A DNA stretch of 64,000 nucleotides, from positions 4,948 through 68,947 of the forward strand of contig JBHHUC010000005.1 of NCBI GenBank assembly GCA_046861395.1, in the 5' to 3' direction. The position numbers were made by a program, and so were the translations under genes. The first letter of the stretch is position 1. Every line of letters starts with the position of its first letter. The stretch comes from Fidelibacterota bacterium (GTDB lineage Bacteria > Fidelibacterota > Marinisomatia > Marinisomatales > JABMOV01). The notes under the pieces are model-generated. The model had not been told where the DNA came from, searched no databases, and saw only the letters and a program-made list of their open reading frames with translations. Below, piece after piece: positions 19,012-27,629 of the stretch.

Positions 19012-19717
19012 GCTTGTTTCCTTTCATCCTGACCAGGACTTCCTTGTTCTCATTTGCCAGACCGTGCACTATTTTGCCAGTGGCCAAGGAACGAACACGG
19101 ACCTGATCGCCCTTTTGTCCGTTGCTCTGTGCAATCCCATCGGTTTCCACCACCAGATTACCCACCACTATCTTCAGGGCCACCTGCTCTCCCCGTAAAA
19201 TGGTATAGGGCTGGGACACCATATTGGTTTTCAGGATTTCTCCCGGCTGAATAACATGACGCGCCTGGCGGCCTACCAATTCTTCCCGGGAACGAAAATA
19301 TGAGGCCAGATTTCTTTCAATGTCCACCGTCTTAAAGGTCAGGTCTTCCAAAGTAAGTATTTTATTCCGTGAAACTTTCCTCGCCACTGTAACAACTGGA
19401 ATGGTGACCGAAAGTTTGATTGTCACCGGATATCGTCTGCGGTATATTCCATTTTCATAGATTTCCAGCCACACCGTTTGAAACCCGATCTTGTTTTCCG
19501 AACGGATAACATAATCTGCTTCGGCCGGTGCCTGGGGACGTACCTCAGGGATGCTTTTAACCTGGATGCGAATATCCTTTGCCGCAATGGACTGAGCCCG
19601 GGAATAATCTTCCGTCACAGCTTCGACCACGGCCCCTTCCCACGTGACACTGGAACCCGGTGAAACTGCCGGCAATTGGGCCGCCAGAAGAAAACCAGCT
19701 ATGATCCCATATTTCAT
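18995..19717 (-). CDS. flgA: flagellar basal-body P-ring formation chaperone FlgA
   Basis: C-terminal SAF/ChapFlgA pattern: 'GEILKTNMV...ILRGEQVALKIVVGNLVVETDGIAQSNGQKGDQVRVRSLATGKIV'. Confidence 0.88.
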   Translation of the reverse strand: MKYGIIAGFLLAAQLPAVSPGSSVTWEGAVVEAVTEDYSRAQSIAAKDIRIQVKSIPEVRPQAPAEADYVIRSENKIGFQTVWLEIYENGIYRRRYPVTIKLSVTIPVVTVARKVSRNKILTLEDLTFKTVDIERNLASYFRSREELVGRQARHVIQPGEILKTNMVSQPYTILRGEQVALKIVVGNLVVETDGIAQSNGQKGDQVRVRSLATGKIVHGLANENKEVLVRMKGNKHENVY

Positions 19718-20503
19718 TTATCGCTTAATATTGTTGGTGAGTGCCAGTAATTCATCGCTTGTTTTCACAGCTTTGGAATTGATTTCATATGCCCGCTGGG
19801 ATACAATCAGATTGATCATTTCCTGGACGACATCCACATTTGATTTTTCCAGATATCCCTGGAGAACCGTGCCATAACCGTCTTCCCCCGGTGTGCCGTA
19901 GGACGGCTGTCCCGACGACTCGGTGGCTTCATATAAATTGCCACCTATGGCCCGGAGTCCCGCCGGATTCATGAATGTAACCAATTCCAGCTGCCCCACT
20001 TCCTCCGGTTCGGACTGTCCCTGAAAAATGACGGAAATAATTCCATCCTGACTGATATTAATGCCCGATACACCCTCTGGAATGGAGACCTCGGGCTGAA
20101 TTCGTAATCCCGAAGCGGTGACCAGGCTGCCGTTGGCATCAATCCGCAGGGCGCCATCTCGCGTATAACCATAGCTGCCATCAATGCGTTGTACCTGGAA
20201 AAAACCTTTCCCCTGGATGGAAATATCCAGCGGGTTTCCCGTTTCCTGAACCGATCCCTGAGAGAATGTCTTAAATGTGGATACCGGCCGGTTACCGTGA
20301 CCGATTTGAATCTCAGACGGTTTGCTATTGGTCTCGCGCGATGCCTGGCCGGACTGAACCGTTTCATATAATAAATCCTGAAACTCTACCGATGATTTCT
20401 TGAAACCATTTGTATTCACATTGGCCAGATTATTGGCGATTGTATCGACATTCAACTGTTGAGCAGCCATTCCCAACGCTGCGGTTCTCAAAGCACGTAA
20501 CAT
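19718..20503 (-). CDS. flgG: flagellar distal rod protein FlgG
   Basis: 'MLRALRTAALGMAAQQLNVDTIANNLANVNTNGFKK' and the C-terminus 'QGYLEKSNVDVVQEMINLIVSQRAYE'. Confidence 0.95.
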   Translation of the reverse strand: MLRALRTAALGMAAQQLNVDTIANNLANVNTNGFKKSSVEFQDLLYETVQSGQASRETNSKPSEIQIGHGNRPVSTFKTFSQGSVQETGNPLDISIQGKGFFQVQRIDGSYGYTRDGALRIDANGSLVTASGLRIQPEVSIPEGVSGINISQDGIISVIFQGQSEPEEVGQLELVTFMNPAGLRAIGGNLYEATESSGQPSYGTPGEDGYGTVLQGYLEKSNVDVVQEMINLIVSQRAYEINSKAVKTSDELLALTNNIKR

Positions 20504-20518
20504 AAACTTATCCTTTCA

Positions 20519-21217
20519 CTAATACCGGGGAATATCATTGACGGCTCTCCCCAGCGCCATATCCAGAGAACGAATGGTGCGTTGCAGACTTTCATACTGG
20601 CGCTGTATCTCAATTAATTGTACCATTTCATCGATGGGATTGACATTGGATTCTTCCAGTTTACCCTGCAGCACAGCATGATTGGATGCCGGTTGTATTT
20701 CCGTTTCCGGACCAGCCATAAAATATCCGTCACCTGTTTTCTTCAGGGTTCCGGGATCCGTCACCGAAATAATTTTCAGAGTGTCAAGCTGGGTATCCCG
20801 GTAAAAAATATCTCCTTCGGATGAAATGGTAATATCACCAGGCTTGCTATCTTCGGATGGCAGATAAATCCGTCCCGCTTCACCCAGAACGTAATCACCC
20901 GAACCGGTTACAACTGCCCCCTGTGCATCCAGAGCGAAATGCCCGTTTCTGGAATACCGTTCTCCCTCCGGCGTCTCAATCGCAAAAAATCCGGCACCGC
21001 TGATGGCTAGATCCAGGGAGTTTTTCGTGTCCAGAAATTTTCCTTGGGCATGGCTTGTTTTTACTGTGGACTTGACTGTATCCGACTGTTCCAGGTATTC
21101 CACAAACATGACATCTTTCTTATATCCCGTGGTCTGGATGTTGGCCAGGTTATTGGCAACGACTTCATTCTTTGCTTGCGTAGCTAATAAGGTGTTTTTT
21201 ATTTGTTCTAATTTCAT
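20519..21217 (-). CDS. flgF: flagellar proximal rod protein FlgF
   Basis: '...VVANNLANIQTTGYKKD' and 'GKLEESNVNPIDEMVQLIEIQRQYE'. I prefer the start at Met 21217 ('MKLEQIK') because the 14-codon extension to 21259 is occupied by a sigma54 promoter. Confidence 0.88.
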   Translation of the reverse strand: MKLEQIKNTLLATQAKNEVVANNLANIQTTGYKKDVMFVEYLEQSDTVKSTVKTSHAQGKFLDTKNSLDLAISGAGFFAIETPEGERYSRNGHFALDAQGAVVTGSGDYVLGEAGRIYLPSEDSKPGDITISSEGDIFYRDTQLDTLKIISVTDPGTLKKTGDGYFMAGPETEIQPASNHAVLQGKLEESNVNPIDEMVQLIEIQRQYESLQRTIRSLDMALGRAVNDIPRY

Positions 21218-21242
21218 TATTCTTCTTCGTGTACCCCTTTTA

Positions 21243-21259
21243 TGCAAATGAAATGCCAA
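21243..21259 (-). promoter_or_regulatory. sigma54 (-24/-12) promoter for flgF...csrA (and probably the GT/sulfotransferase genes)
   Basis: The minus strand reads tTGGCAT-ttcat-TTGCA, matching TGGCAC-N5-TTGCW with correct GG/GC spacing. The predicted +1 lies about 15 nt upstream of ATG 21217. Confidence 0.7.
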
Positions 21260-21436
21260 CGCTGAATTATTTCAATAATATCAAATTAATGAAATCTGTA
21301 ATATCATTATTTATATACCATTACGTTCGTTCTATGGATTATTTGTAAGGGGCGGGGGTTGCTGGTGTTAGGGAATTTTACTCCCGGACATAGAATATTT
21401 TTCCTTATCCTTACTTTAAACGAAAAAAGATGGTCG

Positions 21437-22195
21437 TCAGGGGTGGAGGTGCGGAGACGAAGCGGTGGATTGCCGGGCAGGAACGTCCCGTTCCATTCGC
21501 TGAGACATTTTAAGCAATTCCGCTTTTATTGCTTCCATTCCAACGCTGATCCGTTCCAGGTTGCCGGTAGGCAATGACAGAGTCAGAAGATCAATTAATT
21601 CCAATATGATGTTTATCTGACGACGAAAGGACGGACTGACTGGCGGGTTCCAGGACGATTGTTCTTGGGCATCCTGTTGTTTCATAATATTCTTTTCACG
21701 GATTAAATGCATTAGAATCAGGGAAACCTGGCGGCCCAGATATTGATAATCTTCCCGGTAGCAGGCCTGATACGTATTCTTTTCCACATGGCCCAGGTTT
21801 AATACACCAATGGGGGTTTGATTGTAATGCAACGGAATGGATACCATGGAATTAAAGGTTGAACGTTCACTCCATTTTGTGCTTTTCAGCGATGGGAAGA
21901 TAATGGGATAGGATTGGGTGGAAATCCACCCGGCAATTCCATGACCATTCTGAAATCGAAAACTACTGGCCAGGTCAACGGGTTCATCGCCATGCTGAAA
22001 AACCGTTACCAGCGTCTTTTCCGACCCCGCAAGAGCATACAGGGTCGCCGATGAAAAGGGAATCATTTTATTGACCAGATTAAACAGGGAATTGAAAATA
22101 TCTTCCCGGGACACGCTGGGGGATAATAGGGTGGCAACATCGCACAGCACCAAGGGTTGAGTCATCTGCATCTCATCCTCCATGTAACATTTCAA
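21437..22195 (-). CDS. GAF-domain protein
   Basis: '...SSATLYAL.....L..V......GHGIAGWI....PII....................SMVSIPL......IGVLNLGH' is a GAF fold pattern. No output domain is recognised. The exact start is uncertain because the ORF overlaps the kinase stop. Confidence 0.65.
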   Translation of the reverse strand: MKCYMEDEMQMTQPLVLCDVATLLSPSVSREDIFNSLFNLVNKMIPFSSATLYALAGSEKTLVTVFQHGDEPVDLASSFRFQNGHGIAGWISTQSYPIIFPSLKSTKWSERSTFNSMVSIPLHYNQTPIGVLNLGHVEKNTYQACYREDYQYLGRQVSLILMHLIREKNIMKQQDAQEQSSWNPPVSPSFRRQINIILELIDLLTLSLPTGNLERISVGMEAIKAELLKMSQRMERDVPARQSTASSPHLHP

Positions 22196-23360
22196 TTAAT
22201 GCTTTCAGTTGATCCCGTTCTCCGTTTTGCCCGGAGGGAAGCATGATTACAAAGGTTGTCCCATCCCCGGCCTGGGAAGACACCTTGATTTCTCCTCCCA
22301 GAGTATGGATAATATTTCTGGAAATGGCAAGCCCCAGACCGGAATTCTCCTCCGGTGGCTTGGTGGTAAAAAAAGGATCAAATATCTTTTCCAGAATGGT
22401 CTGGGGAATACCACCAGCGTTATCGCGAATGGTCAGTTCCACCCATTTATTGTCTATAGCTTTGGTCGATACAGATACATATTTATCTTTTTGCTTCCGG
22501 GACCGGTTGCTGAAAGCATCGATGGAATTATTCACCAGATTGATGAGAACTTGATCAATCAACAGCTGGTTGGCAATACAAAACGGTATTGATAAATCTT
22601 TTTCAATGCGTAATTCAATATTGTGACTGTCCAGTTCATATTGAATCAAAGCATGTGCATTATCAATGGAATCATTGAGATTCACCAGCCCCAGAGCATC
22701 ATCATCGGTCTGTTGGGCAAAGGTCCGCATGTGATCCATGGTGTTGGCAATACGTTGAATCAGTAATAGATATTCAGCCAGGTCTTCTTGGATTTTTTCC
22801 GGTGTAGCCGCGGCCAATTGTGATTGTAGAAGTTCAATTTTTAACCGCAGGGTCGTTAACGGCTGACTGATCTCATGGATTATGCCCACCGACATTTCTC
22901 CCAAGGCCCGCATGCGATCCTTGGAAATGGAAACAGCCTGCTGTTCCCGCAATTTTTCTTCCAATTGCTTTTGCCGGGATATATTTTTGGCCGTAACAAT
23001 AATATAGGCCGCCTCGCCTTCCCGATCCTTCACAATGCTGAAATTCAAAATTACGGGAATCAATTGGTCTTTACCCTGGAAACGACTCTCTAGATTTTCC
23101 AGCATCCCTGATTTCAATTTTTCCAGGAGATCGGACAGGGTATCGGTCTTCCGCCCGTCATAATAAATTAAAGAATCAAATAATTCTCCCGCCAATTCTT
23201 CCAGACTTCGTTGCAACAGCTTCTGCGCCGCTCGGTTGGTGTATTGAATTCTGCCCGTTTTACTCAGAAAAAATACGGCATCTTCAATGCTTTCCAGAAT
23301 GGCGATGGTTGTGGTGTAATCTTTTATTTTCCCTGGTTCCTCTGTGTGTGCTTCCGTCAT
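22173..23360 (-). CDS. cytoplasmic PAS-domain sensor histidine kinase (FleS/FlrB-like)
   Basis: PAS-like N-terminus, H-box 'IIHEISQPLTTL', N-box 'LINLVNNSIDA', G1 'IRDNAGGIP' and G2 'GLGLAISR'. There is no TM segment. Confidence 0.88.
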   Translation of the reverse strand: MTEAHTEEPGKIKDYTTTIAILESIEDAVFFLSKTGRIQYTNRAAQKLLQRSLEELAGELFDSLIYYDGRKTDTLSDLLEKLKSGMLENLESRFQGKDQLIPVILNFSIVKDREGEAAYIIVTAKNISRQKQLEEKLREQQAVSISKDRMRALGEMSVGIIHEISQPLTTLRLKIELLQSQLAAATPEKIQEDLAEYLLLIQRIANTMDHMRTFAQQTDDDALGLVNLNDSIDNAHALIQYELDSHNIELRIEKDLSIPFCIANQLLIDQVLINLVNNSIDAFSNRSRKQKDKYVSVSTKAIDNKWVELTIRDNAGGIPQTILEKIFDPFFTTKPPEENSGLGLAISRNIIHTLGGEIKVSSQAGDGTTFVIMLPSGQNGERDQLKALIEMLHGG

Positions 23361-23376
23361 ATTCTAACCTGCCTTA

Positions 23377-23682
23377 TTACAGCCTCATATCCACAACGTG
23401 GCAGGCTGTTAATCGTTTATCCCTTTTGCTAAGGACCTGAAACTCAATCCGCGGGATTACCCTCGTTATGACCAAATCCAGTTCTTCACATCGCATAAAG
23501 GTCCCCCTGGCTTCGGTTAATATATTATACCCATGTACCCGTAATAATATTCGGTTGGATGAAAATATGTCCACAACACGACCACGGAGAACCGTACCTC
23601 TTTTCAGTCGTTTTTTCAGCCGATCGAGCGTTGGCTGGATCATGTAATTACGATTGGAAAGATGTTCATTCATGGTCGTCAT
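23377..23682 (-). CDS. hypothetical protein (flagellar-operon embedded)
   Basis: 101-aa ORF whose ATG overlaps the upstream stop (ATGA). The kinase starts 16 nt downstream. No family recognised. Confidence 0.5.
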   Translation of the reverse strand: MTTMNEHLSNRNYMIQPTLDRLKKRLKRGTVLRGRVVDIFSSNRILLRVHGYNILTEARGTFMRCEELDLVITRVIPRIEFQVLSKRDKRLTACHVVDMRL

Positions 23683-24473
23683 TTTCGCTGTGTAACATGG
23701 AGAAATAAATTGGCTTCATCATAGGTCAATCCCCGCTCTTCCATCACTTTCCTTACCCGGGTCTCATGATCCTCTTTTTCCATCGGTTCCGACCTCTCTG
23801 GAGAAGGCTTGGCCTTCGTTTCCGGCTCCGGTTCCTCTTTCTTTTCTTTTTTCCCTGGCCTTTGGGCCCGAATCCAGGCCATTTGACCAATTACTGTCAG
23901 ACTCAATACAATGATGACAGCCAGCATAATGGAATAATGAATGGGTGAAGCCATGTTGGCTTTCCCCATGCGGACAGAGCCGTCATCCTTCCAGGTATCC
24001 GTTGTGCCCGTCACATTGTCCTGTTCAAAGGGAATGGTCTTTTCCTGGAAATACGACTCAATGGCTGTGTAGTGATAGACATCGAAAATTAATGTATTCT
24101 CATTCAACACCATGTAGCTCACCAGACGGTCATACGGTTTGGTAAAACCCTGGATTTCCATGGAATGGGAATCGGGAAAGGTGGTGACCAGTTTTAAAGG
24201 AACGGCCCCGGCCGCCCGGATATATTTCCGGCTGTTATAATCCTTCTGGTCTATGGAGTTTACGAGAATCGTGAAACGGCCGGAATCGGGATCGGACTGT
24301 ACCAGGGGAATGGTCTGTGTATGGCGTGGCAGGGTTACCATGATTCTGCGAACCTTATAGAATTCGTCGGTGGCAATGACAATGCGATCGCTTTGACCAT
24401 CCGCCGTGAGCAGGGATAACCATCCTGTCAGAACCAGACCGTAACGATATATACGTAGCGTTTTCTTTACCAT
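23679..24473 (-). CDS. hypothetical bitopic membrane protein (signal peptide, periplasmic domain, TM, charged tail)
   Basis: 264 aa with a hydrophobic N-terminus, the TM segment 'IHYSIMLAVIIVLSLTVIGQMAWI', and then a K/E/P-rich tail. It starts 3 nt after the upstream stop. Confidence 0.6.
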   Translation of the reverse strand: MVKKTLRIYRYGLVLTGWLSLLTADGQSDRIVIATDEFYKVRRIMVTLPRHTQTIPLVQSDPDSGRFTILVNSIDQKDYNSRKYIRAAGAVPLKLVTTFPDSHSMEIQGFTKPYDRLVSYMVLNENTLIFDVYHYTAIESYFQEKTIPFEQDNVTGTTDTWKDDGSVRMGKANMASPIHYSIMLAVIIVLSLTVIGQMAWIRAQRPGKKEKKEEPEPETKAKPSPERSEPMEKEDHETRVRKVMEERGLTYDEANLFLHVTQRK

Positions 24474-24476
24474 TGC

Positions 24477-24683
24477 TTATTGCAAAAGGATGTCGATTGA
24501 ATTGCCTCGCGGCTCAACCGTATTCTTGTTTTCTTCTTTTTCTGTTTCTTGTTCGTTTGTTTCCTGTTCCGAAGGCTCATCTTCCTGATGTTTTTCCCTG
24601 GTGTTGTTCTCCACTTCCTTAATGCGTCTGATGGTAGGATAGAACGCGGAAGACAGGGGAGAAATCCGAGAAACATCGCCCAT
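24477..24683 (-). CDS. small acidic hypothetical protein
   Basis: 68-aa ORF whose ATG shares one nt with the fliA stop (TAATG). It has an E/Q/T/N-rich low-complexity C-terminus. Coding status is uncertain, since the alternative-frame ORF 24467..24676 also exists. Confidence 0.35.
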   Translation of the reverse strand: MGDVSRISPLSSAFYPTIRRIKEVENNTREKHQEDEPSEQETNEQETEKEENKNTVEPRGNSIDILLQ

Positions 24684-25453
24684 TACAGTACTACCTTTTT
24701 CTTGATACTGCGCAATGTTTCACTCAGGATCTGCGAAACCCGGGACTCTGAAATATCCAATACCTTTCCGATATCGGCCAGAGTCAATTCTTCATAATAA
24801 TACAGGGCCAGGATCAGCCGTTGCCGTTCGGGAAGCTGCTGAACAATCTGTCGCAGTTCCCGTTTAAGTGCATCCTCCTCGAAAGATTTTTCCGGACTTT
24901 TCTGTTCCGGGTCCGGAATGATATCCAGCCAAGTTGATTTCTCTCCATTGTGCAGAATAATATTATCATCCAATGAAATATATTTTTGAAAGCGATTCAC
25001 TAGGCGGACTTTCCGGATGCGTTCCAGAGATAATCCCACATAGGCCGCTAATTCTTCCGGGGACGGATCGCTGCCAAATTTTAACCGATGGGCATCCACT
25101 GCCTGGGAGATAACCCGTAAATCATGAATATATTCCTTGTTCAGATTGCTGGCAGCCCGGACCGTATCAATAACGGCTCCGTTGATGCGGGGATAGGCAT
25201 AGGATTTAAATGAAACGCCTCGTTCCGGATCATATTTTTCCAACGCATCGATTACACCGATGACACCGGCCTGGATTGCGTCACGCTTCCGGATCACGCC
25301 ACTGCCGATATAGTGCATCCGTCCCACGATATGTTTGACCAGAGGCAGAAAAGCCAGAATAGCCTCTTCCCGGACAGCGGGGTTCTTGGTGCTGACATAT
25401 TCCCTGACGATTTCTTCCCCGCGCAGGGGTTCTGATTTGGTCAGATTCTTCAT
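24683..25453 (-). CDS. fliA: flagellar sigma factor FliA (sigma28)
   Basis: Sigma70 regions 2-4 are present: 'LPLVKHIVGRM', 'SYAYPRINGAVID', and 'RLILALYYYEELTLADIGKVLDISESRVSQI'. Synteny follows flhF-flhG. Confidence 0.93.
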   Translation of the reverse strand: MKNLTKSEPLRGEEIVREYVSTKNPAVREEAILAFLPLVKHIVGRMHYIGSGVIRKRDAIQAGVIGVIDALEKYDPERGVSFKSYAYPRINGAVIDTVRAASNLNKEYIHDLRVISQAVDAHRLKFGSDPSPEELAAYVGLSLERIRKVRLVNRFQKYISLDDNIILHNGEKSTWLDIIPDPEQKSPEKSFEEDALKRELRQIVQQLPERQRLILALYYYEELTLADIGKVLDISESRVSQILSETLRSIKKKVVL

Positions 25454-25662
25454 TCCGTATGTTGTTTGTCCTGATTTTTATGTACCATGAAAAACCCCAG
25501 CGCCAGACTGACATTCGCCAGATAAATCACCGCCAGGACACCGATGAAGACCACGGTGCTGCGAAATAGCAAAACATAAAGGGAAACTTCATTGAGCAGG
25601 CAGAGAAGAATGGTTATAACGGCCGCCAAAGATGCAAGTTTATACATAGCTATCGCTCTCAT
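25450..25662 (-). CDS. small two-TM membrane protein
   Basis: 70-aa ORF with two hydrophobic helices, wedged between flhG and fliA. It overlaps both neighbours (23 nt and 4 nt). Confidence 0.45.
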   Translation of the reverse strand: MRAIAMYKLASLAAVITILLCLLNEVSLYVLLFRSTVVFIGVLAVIYLANVSLALGFFMVHKNQDKQHTE

Positions 25663-26518
25663 TCAGGAGTTGCCGGTTATTGCGCACGCGTTTGAACAGC
25701 GTACTTTCAATAGTGTCCATTTTTCTGGGTTGTTTGATAATTCGGTGAGCGATGGCCTTAATCGAACTGACGGCCGGAGATTCCGGATGTTTCAGAATAA
25801 CCGGAATTTGTTGGCGAATGGCATCAAGGATCAGGTCATCCTCGGTGATTGATCCGGCATAAATAATCTGAGATTTCAAAAAACGCCGGACCATGAGATT
25901 CATTTTCTGGAAAATCCTTTCCCCTTCCACATTACTGCGTACCATATTGGACACCATGATAATGGGACCGTCGAAGGAGAAGCTCTTTACGATTTTAATG
26001 ACACCGTAGGCATCGGCAATCGAAGCCGGATCTGGTGTGACCAGGAGTACGATTTTATCGGCGCCCAACAAGAAGGAAATGACATTTTCTCCAATTCCGG
26101 CCCCCGTATCCACCACAATATTGTCATACTGTGATTCCAGGTCCTTGAAGGCTCGCCCCAATTTATTGATTATGGATTTTTCCTGTTCAACAAAGGAATG
26201 AATGGAGGCCGAAGACGGCAATATATCAACGCCATGATAATTCCGCATGATCACATCCGACATGGCAACGTTATTGATGGCAAAATCCATGATGGAATAG
26301 CGTGGCCGGAGCCCCAGAAACAAATCCACGTTTCCCAGGTGAATATCGGCATCAAAGAGCAGAATACGCCGATTCATTTTTTGCAGTGTGAGTGAGAGGT
26401 TGACGCTCAGATTGGTTTTTCCCACACCCCCTTTCCCGCTGGTAATCGCTATGACTTCCGGGGCAGAGGAACTGCTCTGAGCAAAAAACTTATTGGTCAA
26501 CTGATCCATAGTTTTCAT
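25640..26518 (-). CDS. flhG: flagellar number regulator FlhG (MinD/ParA-type ATPase)
   Basis: Deviant Walker A 'ITSGKGGVGKTN'. The gene is downstream of flhF. Confidence 0.92.
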   Translation of the reverse strand: MKTMDQLTNKFFAQSSSSAPEVIAITSGKGGVGKTNLSVNLSLTLQKMNRRILLFDADIHLGNVDLFLGLRPRYSIMDFAINNVAMSDVIMRNYHGVDILPSSASIHSFVEQEKSIINKLGRAFKDLESQYDNIVVDTGAGIGENVISFLLGADKIVLLVTPDPASIADAYGVIKIVKSFSFDGPIIMVSNMVRSNVEGERIFQKMNLMVRRFLKSQIIYAGSITEDDLILDAIRQQIPVILKHPESPAVSSIKAIAHRIIKQPRKMDTIESTLFKRVRNNRQLLNESDSYV

Positions 26519-27629
26519 CTTTTTTGAAAATGTTATTCAAGACTGTTTCACTTTTTGCCAATTGTATATCATGCGGGATCCCCTGTCCGTTACAGATAAA
26601 ATGCATTGGCAAGTGAACCTCATTCAGGAGAGAAAAAAGTTTCCCGCCCTGGGTGGTTTCATCAAATTTTGTCAGGACCAGCCCGTTGATTCCAACCGGG
26701 AGATATAAACCAACGTCCAGAAGAAGATCTTCCAGAGAGGTTGTAAGGCTCAGGGTCAATAAAATCGCCAGTTCTTGCAGACCGGAAAAGGTGTCCATCA
26801 ATTCTTTGATATAACCCGGGAAATAGGGACTGCGGCCCGGGGTGTCAATAATAATCCGATCCAGGTCACTCATTCGGTGAATGGCAGACAATAATTCTTT
26901 CCCATCGCGTGCCAAGGCAACATCCACCTGAGAAATATCACCAAAGGATTTCAGTGCCGCCGTGCCACCAATTCGGTAAACATCCGTGGTAATAATGCCC
27001 ACTGTTTCAGCCGCGAATACCTGGGGACTGCTCACCATTTTCATAATGGTTGTTGTTTTCCCCACGCCGGTCGGCCCCACCAGGGCGATAATGCGGGGTA
27101 ATCCTAGCGCGAGAACCGAGGGCCGGAACACCGTTTTTACCTGTTGTCGCAGCAAGTGCTCAACAATGGTTGACGGCGGTGGAAAGGACGAAAAATGTTT
27201 GAAAAAGCCAGGATCCAGTTCCAGAATATATTTCAGGGATAAGGCTGGTATAATCCCCAGAGCATTCAACTGGTTATACACCTTCACTCGCCAGCCTGTA
27301 AGGCGGGAAGCATTCACCGGGTTTTCCTCGGTGGAATGAATCATATCGGCTCTGAGAGACGACCGGGACTGGACCGCATCGGCCTGGTATTTATCCAGAC
27401 GGTTTTTCAGCTTCATTTTAACATCCTGGTACGATCCGTTGGGGGGAACCGTGGCTGGTTTGTTATTCTGTTTTCCTTTATCCGCTACCACGATCTGGAC
27501 CACTCTCCCGTTTCCGTCTGGGGCATCGATTTCGCGGGATTCAACCAGAAGAATATCATCACCCATTTCCTGGCGAGCTTTGCTCATGACTTCGCGCTGT
27601 GTTTTTCCGGTATATGTTTTAACGACCAT
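26490..27629 (-). CDS. flhF: flagellar biosynthesis SRP-type GTPase FlhF
   Basis: G1 'LVGPTGVGKTTT', G3 'IIDTPGRS' and G4 'LTKFDET'. The likely start is 'MVVKTYTGKTQREV' at 27629, though the ORF is open to 27650. Confidence 0.92.
   Translation of the reverse strand: MVVKTYTGKTQREVMSKARQEMGDDILLVESREIDAPDGNGRVVQIVVADKGKQNNKPATVPPNGSYQDVKMKLKNRLDKYQADAVQSRSSLRADMIHSTEENPVNASRLTGWRVKVYNQLNALGIIPALSLKYILELDPGFFKHFSSFPPPSTIVEHLLRQQVKTVFRPSVLALGLPRIIALVGPTGVGKTTTIMKMVSSPQVFAAETVGIITTDVYRIGGTAALKSFGDISQVDVALARDGKELLSAIHRMSDLDRIIIDTPGRSPYFPGYIKELMDTFSGLQELAILLTLSLTTSLEDLLLDVGLYLPVGINGLVLTKFDETTQGGKLFSLLNEVHLPMHFICNGQGIPHDIQLAKSETVLNNIFKKDENYGSVDQ

Noticed and set aside
20519-21259. N-terminal extensions of several ORFs in the supplied track: flgF to 21259, fliG to 43749, fliR to 31631, flhF to 27650, GT9 to 8091, flagellins to 56056/57344, and HTH to 52113.
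   Set aside because: The extensions overlap upstream genes or promoters, lack SD sequences and are not part of the conserved N-termini. Internal Met or GTG starts with SDs or ATGA coupling fit better.
24467-24676. Alternative-frame 69-aa ORF (K/R-rich) overlapping orf68 downstream of fliA.
   Set aside because: Only one of the two overlapping frames can plausibly be coding. The frame starting at the fliA stop (TAATG) is favoured, though even that call is weak.
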